DNA of 64,000 bases from Rhizaria sp. SCN 62-66 (lineage: Eukaryota): the NCBI GenBank assembly GCA_001724265.1, contig MEDY01000120.1:1-64000 (forward strand), read 5' to 3'. A program made the translations under genes and the position numbers. The notes beneath the pieces are model-generated. The model worked only from the letters and a program-made list of their open reading frames with translations. It had not been told where the DNA came from and made no database searches. Below, one piece after another: positions 59,301-64,000 of this stretch (the first letter of the stretch is position 1; every line of letters begins with the position of its first letter).

Positions 59301-62141
59301 CCGCTGGCCTTCGCGCCGGCGCCCGCGCGCGCGTTCGTGACGACGGGCGACATCCCCGCGATGTGGCTGCGCGACAGCACCAACCAGCTGCTGTCGTTCG
59401 TGTCGCTGCTGTCCTCCGACGCCGCGCTGCGCCGCCTCGCGCGCGCCACCATCGCCACGCAGGCCGCGCTCGTGCTCGCGGACCCGCTGGCCAATGCCTT
59501 CCGCTCGCCCGCGGCGGCGCGCTCGCAGCCCGCCGCGCGCGGGGGCTTTCGCGGCGCGCGCGCGCCCGGAGGCAGCCGCGACGGGCGCGAGCCCGAAGAG
59601 GGCCCGCTCGTCTTCGAGGGCAAGTTCGAGCTCGACTCGCTGGCCGCGTTCTTGCAGCTGGCGGGCGAGTACTACGAGCGCACGGGGGACCTGTCGGTCG
59701 CGACGGGGCCCGTGGGCGCGGCGCTCGAGGCCGCCGCGCGCGTCGTGGCGCGCATGCGCGAGGGTGGCGAGCAGGAGAGCGGCGGCGGCCGCAGCGGGGT
59801 CGACTTTGCGCAGCTACGCTCCACCGTCAACAACGATCGCCACGACAATGCGGGTCGCGGTCGCAGCGGCGGCGACATGTGTTGGGCTGACGACGGCATC
59901 GACCTCGTCAGCACTAGCTCGAGCTCGAGCTCGAGCTCGAGCGCGCGCGCTCGCAGTGACGAAGTGTGCGCTCGCGTCAACAGTCTCTCGCACGGCTTCG
60001 GCTTCAGTGCCAGTAGCGCCAGCGGCGCCAGCGCGCTGTCGCCGGCGGCGCTGCGCGGGCAGTCCTCGGCGGCGCCGTGGTACCGGTGGAACCGCGTCAA
60101 TACGCGGCAGACGGAGACGCAGTACGAGCACGGCTACGGATACCCTGCGCGCTCGTGCGGGCTCTCGCGGTCGTTTTTCCGGCCCTCGGACGACTCGCAG
60201 CAGCTGCCGTACTTGGTCCCCGCCAACGCGCACGTCACCGTCGCGCTGCGCAAGGCCGCCGTGCTCGCCGCGGACGCGCACAACTCACTCCTCGGCGCCT
60301 GGGCCGCGCAGGTCAAGCGCCGCGCCAACAGTGACAGCGGGAGCAAGACCACCACGAGCAGCAGCGCGGGCAGCAGCAGCGCGGGCAGCGCGCGTGTGGA
60401 CGGGGGCGCGGGCGTGAGCGCGCTGCTGGCCCACGCGCGGCTGAGCGCGCACCACACGCACGGACAGGCGCGCCGGGACGCGGGGCTCTCGCGCGCGCTC
60501 AAGCAACAAAGGCTGCAGCAACAGAAACTGCAGCAGGGGCAGCTGCAGCAGCAGCAGAGCACCGCCGCCGGCTCTATCGGCGATGACTCGCAGCTGGCGC
60601 AGCACGGGCGCTTGCGCGGCGGCTACGCGCTGCGGCCGCACCTCAGCGTGCGCGTGCCCGTTCACCTGCCCGCAGATCTCACCACAAACGAGAACGCTAA
60701 CTCTTCGGCGTCCGCGTCGCTGTTAAAGCGGCTGTCCGCGCCGTTTGTGCCCGCGGGCGCCGCGTACGCAGTGCTTCACTCCTCCATGATTGACCTGCCC
60801 CCGACGAGCAGCAACAGCAGCAGCAGCAACGGCGCCAAGAGTGCTACGGGTGCCGGAGAGCGCGAGCAGCTGCGCGTACTGTTCATGTACCCCGACAACA
60901 CGCTGCACTCGGCGCTGGCGGCCACGCGCGACGCAGGCACGCACGTCGCGCTGCTCAGCGCGCGCGCCGCCGCCGCCAGGGACGCCGCCGTCTGGGGCAG
61001 CGCATTTGGGGCCTTCGCGCGGCCCCGCTTTGCCCCCGCCCCCGCCCCCGCCTCCGCCTCCGCCTCTAGCTCTCACGCGACGCGCAACGACAGCGACGAA
61101 GACGAGGACGAGGCTGAGGAAGGATATGATGACGATTACGCGCTGCTGTCGCGCCGCGCGCGGTCAAGCAGCGGCGGCGGCAACGGCGGTAACGGCGGCG
61201 AGGAGGCGTGGACGCGCGCACCCAGCGCCCCGCACCTGCACCCGCTGACGGCGACGCCGCTGACGGGTCCCAGCAGCTGGGCCGTGCTGGCCGCGCGGCT
61301 GGACCTGCTCGCCGACGAAGTCGACCGCGGCGTGCGCGAGTGCGGCGCGGTGCTCAAGCCATCGCCCGCCGCCGCCGCGTTTGACGCCGACACCACCGCC
61401 GCCGGGGCGCTGCTGCGGAAGCAGGGCGCTGACAAGAGCAGCAAGAGCGCCAAGGGCAAGAGTGCTCGCGATAAGAGCGGTGATGATGAGAGTGAGTTTG
61501 CGTTTGAGTACGAGTACGCTGTGGAGCCCGCACCGGCGTACCTGTCGTACGAGGTCGACGGCTACGGCTCCAGCCAGTTCCTCGACGACGCCAACCTGCC
61601 CTCGCTGCTGTCGCTGCCGCATCTGTCGTACCTGTCGCCGTATGCGCCGGCGTACGCGGCCACACGCGCGCGCGCGCTGTCGCCGCGGTGGAACCCGTAC
61701 TACTTTCGCGGTGCGCACGTGTCGGGCGTGGGCGGCCCGCACATCGGGCTGCAGTGGGTGTGGCCCATGTCGCTCATCGTGCAGGGGCTCACGCTGCCCG
61801 CGCCGAGCCGGATTGAGGCCGCGCGGCCGCCGGAGCGCTGGGACGCGACGGACCGTGCCGTGGCGCGGCTGCTGGCGACGCTGACGCGCATGGCGCTGAC
61901 GGGCGGCTCGGATGAGCCGGGACAGGGCTACGGGTTCATTAAGGAGTCGATTTTGGTCCAGGACGGACCGACAGAGAAGCTGAGCGAGTTCACCAGGCCC
62001 TGGTTCGCATGGGCCAATGGCCTGTTCGGAGAACTTGTGTTGCATGTTGCCCGCACGCGGCCCTACCTCGTCTTCCATCCCAACGCCACCACTGGCGCCG
62101 TGTACAACCTCCCGCAAAAGAAGAAAAAGTCAGTTACCTAA
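53400..62141 (+). CDS. Giant intronless type II membrane protein with a C-terminal glycoside hydrolase family 125 (exo-alpha-1,6-mannosidase) domain, 2913 aa
   Basis: GH125 motifs FVTTGDIPAMWLRDS, DPLANAF, FEGKFELDSL, GLSRSFFRPSDD, YLVPAN, YEVDGYG..DDANLPSLLSLP, NPYYFRG, GGPH..WPMS, KES and FTRPWFAWANGLFGEL. N-terminal TM helix AIAVALAATVTIALVGLYLYA; ends in TAA. Confidence 0.92.
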   Translation: MSRPEHAQRELDLDLDALDGLSSSLGRSLGTASASASGSASASASINSNARLRNDYDDDDDSDSSSNSATSVVRPSSHGHAHGHSQARRQAHSHAHSQSHSMSPQAHLTQLAHSGALSHESIPARGLLMAMLPCCPRAPPASAARARAIAVALAATVTIALVGLYLYAAALTNAANAAAAAAGQGDSGGGGALSASPSSWVETQGQAQSLPPTRAHMLLHLDDSQQKQQQTSSRQQPLFALASAPPAFLYRAGGGVSRLTATATASASGSGSGSSDSSSASVAVDMARARARVSSARLTLGMGAVTHNLGMHNAVTHNVDNAGGLAQGRLDFGSEADALLAELVLGLEPGLTRPGVSAPLDGLGAPLAGVSEGALDALLYGTSLLTVTPVGLPQGVSVSTAPAIAVAPAGAGSAGHLDGAKGGATAPAPAAAAVFSPLHQAGSPFALSSASAVVSSNSNSNSNDKDTVITLNADYSYSYSNSDGASVSASASVKAWVAGVVSQAASTQRQAAFSALHRYGCLNMNATDSGAGAGSVRSLLCAAAAAAQPAALSGLAAAAAKAADTRGRGSAADLSASATDLSAWPGWLAAQAAPTLTLAPLGLASPPAPRAPVPVQSVSGSRPSSNSRSQSQSQSVSHGFRWPVVAAPALSAPAAAAATAWPFALPTYTDVNAGSGVSGGLSTSAVTMVAMAQFMPAQTTLTLAPEPEPEPLTSNLSGSVRGVNAAMQLLSSFLAPNNTSSADSNVDANAKANYDVTAKANSAVCERFERTNPACDPFNSHIYALLALQLQQQQQQPLSVPAGDGGGDNDSDGAIARLQLLHRLWRAAAAAATAHEANAYAGHFFGPALASPVVTPGGSLLDDDEYFALVNRGLSNLGDDDSQGNFHDDESDVDIVGNDEEYGKNAQNALSGGVARALSRFEVVNAVNHAADAVQRVNDSSSAAAKNSRASSSAASLSRPSLLRSRRPPPRQRRFRSPGADALARALSARAGDAVLGWVAAQALPSTLDSTVELREEGWGATGAAASRALANAVAAAQSRAERARGRALRRLRDKSKSKSKSKNEGVGAGAGVGKARTLSELFNELRSQNDGKRDTDPANADATYNNNNDDDDDDAEEDDADEEQSSSFVLSAASRLLNLLSQAASAANTHTRTNNANANANTISVSAAVSEMQAAVTAAPAAARALATAALVEALLHSGGLTSPAHGGLTSRQSDAPVEVTEHNVEALIKAAAEAEAAAAAATAAAAALPPLPALAAAAAAAANTLAAVANANAEISSKAKNNNVITANSDIDTNLDSETHDSERTGPWHLLTAGGPVGAAAAGSALASWVRDGLGGMPSFFPNPLLEHAAVRFAHSSVALRQLRKAQEARKLQKQQQQQQGQSQIQSQSGGGLTFLSSFAAEVETANDMPSLHRRKLNRSSNNNNNNNSKLQSKLQSKSQSQSKSRSQSSFSSQSHQQQLCRAAARARALPLAAGAAGRYWAEQRGGSHGAGGSICLGLPSAAAAAAKRGGRGDDWWRTRKEAESLRMDDGYDDEEEAEDGDEEDEDINYSIDANGGNGDDDDRGPGSEELRLWPGLAGPPYLALSDLVAHQTNNNLTASSVSSSPSLSTLDGRLLAAVPDLAPLTQPSKYPTAEFKIKPYRRSFETAAAADAAATALSALTTSAASAAEASAVNAETVDAAAVRAESAGARVPRARAAVAQSLRTLYGLPAFDHSAAGTSAQNARSEGSTASTGNTASATASAVSGVIAVWAAGHRGGYAAQSQAAAVLRAVLLDLLPARPNFDHDHSASASPSESAIASSDAAPEPGALLPLALLPLYPYLVSSLPLPPPPGVFVRSPPASASLPSQSAASAGGVGAEAAAAAGAAAKLSAQASLDHAAGKLDSTASNADSDANSDANSGKESIVEPAANASDDGDDAHVDTRPTGAPSSSSSDSDAAAADGTGTGRLGDRPVDVRSVPLPTFPLAFAPAPARAFVTTGDIPAMWLRDSTNQLLSFVSLLSSDAALRRLARATIATQAALVLADPLANAFRSPAAARSQPAARGGFRGARAPGGSRDGREPEEGPLVFEGKFELDSLAAFLQLAGEYYERTGDLSVATGPVGAALEAAARVVARMREGGEQESGGGRSGVDFAQLRSTVNNDRHDNAGRGRSGGDMCWADDGIDLVSTSSSSSSSSSARARSDEVCARVNSLSHGFGFSASSASGASALSPAALRGQSSAAPWYRWNRVNTRQTETQYEHGYGYPARSCGLSRSFFRPSDDSQQLPYLVPANAHVTVALRKAAVLAADAHNSLLGAWAAQVKRRANSDSGSKTTTSSSAGSSSAGSARVDGGAGVSALLAHARLSAHHTHGQARRDAGLSRALKQQRLQQQKLQQGQLQQQQSTAAGSIGDDSQLAQHGRLRGGYALRPHLSVRVPVHLPADLTTNENANSSASASLLKRLSAPFVPAGAAYAVLHSSMIDLPPTSSNSSSSNGAKSATGAGEREQLRVLFMYPDNTLHSALAATRDAGTHVALLSARAAAARDAAVWGSAFGAFARPRFAPAPAPASASASSSHATRNDSDEDEDEAEEGYDDDYALLSRRARSSSGGGNGGNGGEEAWTRAPSAPHLHPLTATPLTGPSSWAVLAARLDLLADEVDRGVRECGAVLKPSPAAAAFDADTTAAGALLRKQGADKSSKSAKGKSARDKSGDDESEFAFEYEYAVEPAPAYLSYEVDGYGSSQFLDDANLPSLLSLPHLSYLSPYAPAYAATRARALSPRWNPYYFRGAHVSGVGGPHIGLQWVWPMSLIVQGLTLPAPSRIEAARPPERWDATDRAVARLLATLTRMALTGGSDEPGQGYGFIKESILVQDGPTEKLSEFTRPWFAWANGLFGELVLHVARTRPYLVFHPNATTGAVYNLPQKKKKSVT

Positions 62142-62439
62142 CATATCTCGCATCAAATTCGGATTTGATCCGACGGATCAAATCCGTTTATTATTACTTT
62201 CTGCACGTATTAAACTTCGTTGTATGACGTTCGATGGGACGCACTCAACCTTAAGCTTACGACCAATAAAGCTTGATTTTCCTTAACATTCATGTCTGTG
62301 GGCATTGTTCAGCTTATTTCCATGTTGTTTCAATGTTGATATGCTGTTTTATGTCAACTTGAGTAGAAAAGGTGCATCACGCAACTATGACTGACTTAAG
62401 GTTCTCAATGATACTCTTATCGCGAATATTATGGATTCC

Positions 62440-62870
62440 GAACACAAAATAGATATTTTAAATTATTATTAAATATTATACAGTTAATATTTGTTTTTTA
62501 ATTTATAAAATGCGATTTTGATATGTAGTAATTAAAAATAAATTTAAAACAGGTTAACATTTATTATTAAAAATAAAAGTGATTAAAAAAATTGTTTTAC
62601 ATTATATCAATCTAATATACGACTTTACTTGCCCAGTAACGCTTTTTTACTAAAAGCGAAAAAAGACAACAACATTCGGCAAAGTAAAAGTTTATGGCTA
62701 AAAAACATATAAAATAAGTAATAACAATTATATTGCAAAAAATATTAATTAAAACTTAATGTATGAGAAATATTTCTTATTATGGTTTTATTTTTTTTAA
62801 ACAATATTGATGCAATTCAAAATATTAATAAATTTCATTTATTATTATTATTTGTGGGTAATATATTGAT
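62440..62870. other. Extremely AT-rich intergenic island with an imperfect inverted repeat
   Basis: There is an abrupt shift to near A/T-only sequence. A central hairpin CGCTTTT..AAAAGCG is flanked by ACTTTACTTGCC / GGCAAAGTAAAAGT. Confidence 0.55.
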
Positions 62871-63253
62871 TTAAGCCAGAAATCACGACTCTGCGCTGCT
62901 TTGAGGGCTGCTGATCGGAGCTTCGGAGCGTGACTTCTGAGAGCGCTTCTTTCGTCCTGGTTTTGGAGGTTATTAACACCGCTATTCGCGCTTAAACTCA
63001 AGACATTGGTTGTATTTATGTGTCTAAACTATTGTTTTAGTTTAACATTCACGGAATCGCCATTTTATACCATGTAGCGCGGTTTTTGATGAGACCTTAT
63101 GGTATCTTCCGAGGATCTATGTCTTTCATTTCGTCCAACTTACAGCTCCACAAAGAAACGATTCCTTTCTGCCACACCACTCACAGCACAGCTTACCTCA
63201 TCACTTTTCATATAATGCGCTTTTTTGTTTCATCCTCAAAGATCCGTCCGCTT

Positions 63254-64000
63254 ATGTTCCGCGCGAACAAGACCGCTGCTCGCGTTGTTGTTAAGAGCTC
63301 CGCTCGCCTCTTCTCTGCCGCTGCCGCCAAGTCGCCCGTGGGCTTCATCGGCCTCGGCAACATGGGTGGCCACATGGCCAACAACCTGCTCAAGAAGGGC
63401 AACGACCTCGTCATCTACGACGTCGTTCCCGCGGCCATCGAGAGCGTCAAGGCCTTCGGCGCCAGCGTCGGCCGCACCGTTACCGTCGCCAAGACGCCCG
63501 CCGAGGTCTCCCTCGCCGCGGACACCGTCGTGACGATGCTGCCCTCTTCCCCGCACGTCAAGGAGGTCTACGGCGGCGCCTCCGGCCTGTTATCCTCGCT
63601 TAAGGCGCGCACGGCGGCGGGCAAGGCGCCCCTGCTGCTGATCGACTCGTCGACGATCGCGCCCCCCGTGGCCGTCGAGGTCGCCGCCGCGGCGGCCGCG
63701 CACCCCGACGGCAAGGCCGTGATGGTGGACGCCCCCGTCTCGGGCGGCGTCGGCGGCGCCGAGGCGGGCACGCTGACCTTCATGGTCGGCGGCGAGGATG
63801 CGGGCTTCGCGGCCGCCAAGCCCGTGCTGGAGCAGATGGGCAAGAACATTGTGCACTGCGGCGCGGCGGGCACGGGCCAGGCCGCCAAGGTCTGCAACAA
63901 CCTCATCCTGGGCATCTCGATGACGGGCGTCTCCGAGGCCTTCAACCTGGCCGCCACGCTGGGGCTCGATGCGAAGGTCCTCGCGGGCATCGTCAACACC
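63254..64000 (+). CDS. HIBADH: 3-hydroxyisobutyrate dehydrogenase, mitochondrial (3'-truncated; alternative in-frame ATG at 63215)
   Basis: Arg/Ala/Ser-rich transit peptide, plus motifs VGFIGLGNMGGHMANNL, VTMLPSSPHV, IDSSTI, DAPVSGGVGGAEAGTLTFMVGG and GTGQAAKVCNNLILG. Confidence 0.95.
   Translation, partial: MFRANKTAARVVVKSSARLFSAAAAKSPVGFIGLGNMGGHMANNLLKKGNDLVIYDVVPAAIESVKAFGASVGRTVTVAKTPAEVSLAADTVVTMLPSSPHVKEVYGGASGLLSSLKARTAAGKAPLLLIDSSTIAPPVAVEVAAAAAAHPDGKAVMVDAPVSGGVGGAEAGTLTFMVGGEDAGFAAAKPVLEQMGKNIVHCGAAGTGQAAKVCNNLILGISMTGVSEAFNLAATLGLDAKVLAGIVNT

Noticed and set aside
2316-62117. Many long antisense and alternate-frame ORFs in the ORF track (e.g. 2395-3426 +, 21020-22633 -, 35459-36907 +)
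   Set aside because: They are shadows of GC-rich, Ala-rich genes on the other strand or frame, giving Arg/Pro-rich text with no motifs.
6259-63066. Recurring ATGGCG/CGCCAT motif in intergenic regions (e.g. ~6260, ~6345, ~24865, ~63060)
   Set aside because: It is a short motif with too few instances to distinguish from chance without an enrichment test.
1-64000. CRISPR arrays, operons, rRNA, tRNA (including a CUA suppressor tRNA) and intact transposase/RT genes
   Set aside because: None was recognisable. The repeats are microsatellites or coding repeats without spacers, and the DNA is spliceosomal-intron eukaryotic.

Overview
Gene-dense nuclear DNA from a eukaryotic microbe, probably a flagellated protist (it has ciliary FAM166/CIMIP2-like and RIIAD1-like genes). 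Exons are GC-rich and padded with Ala/Ser/Asn/Gln low-complexity tracts. The 25 introns I could model are AT-rich GT-AG introns of 124-271 nt, and 20 of them start with an unusual GTACG donor. About 17 protein genes were reconstructed by hand: a perilipin-like protein, gamma-glutamyl hydrolase, a claudin-like tetraspan, fungal-type GPAT, FAM166-like, TRM1, RIIAD1-like, a secreted EGF protein, a P4-ATPase, LRRC40-like, C5orf34-like, a giant GH125 mannosidase, HIBADH and several unknowns. There is also a divergent U3 snoRNA candidate. The main finding is a probable non-standard nuclear genetic code. None of 16 gene ends uses TAG (9 TAA, 7 TGA), while five in-frame TAG codons interrupt three otherwise continuous genes (TRM1, C5orf34-like and one unknown), one of them inside a poly-Gln CAG run. 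This suggests UAG is read as an amino acid, most likely Gln, while UAA stays a stop. All family calls come from motif recognition by eye, not database searches. No CRISPR, rRNA, tRNA or intact transposon was seen.
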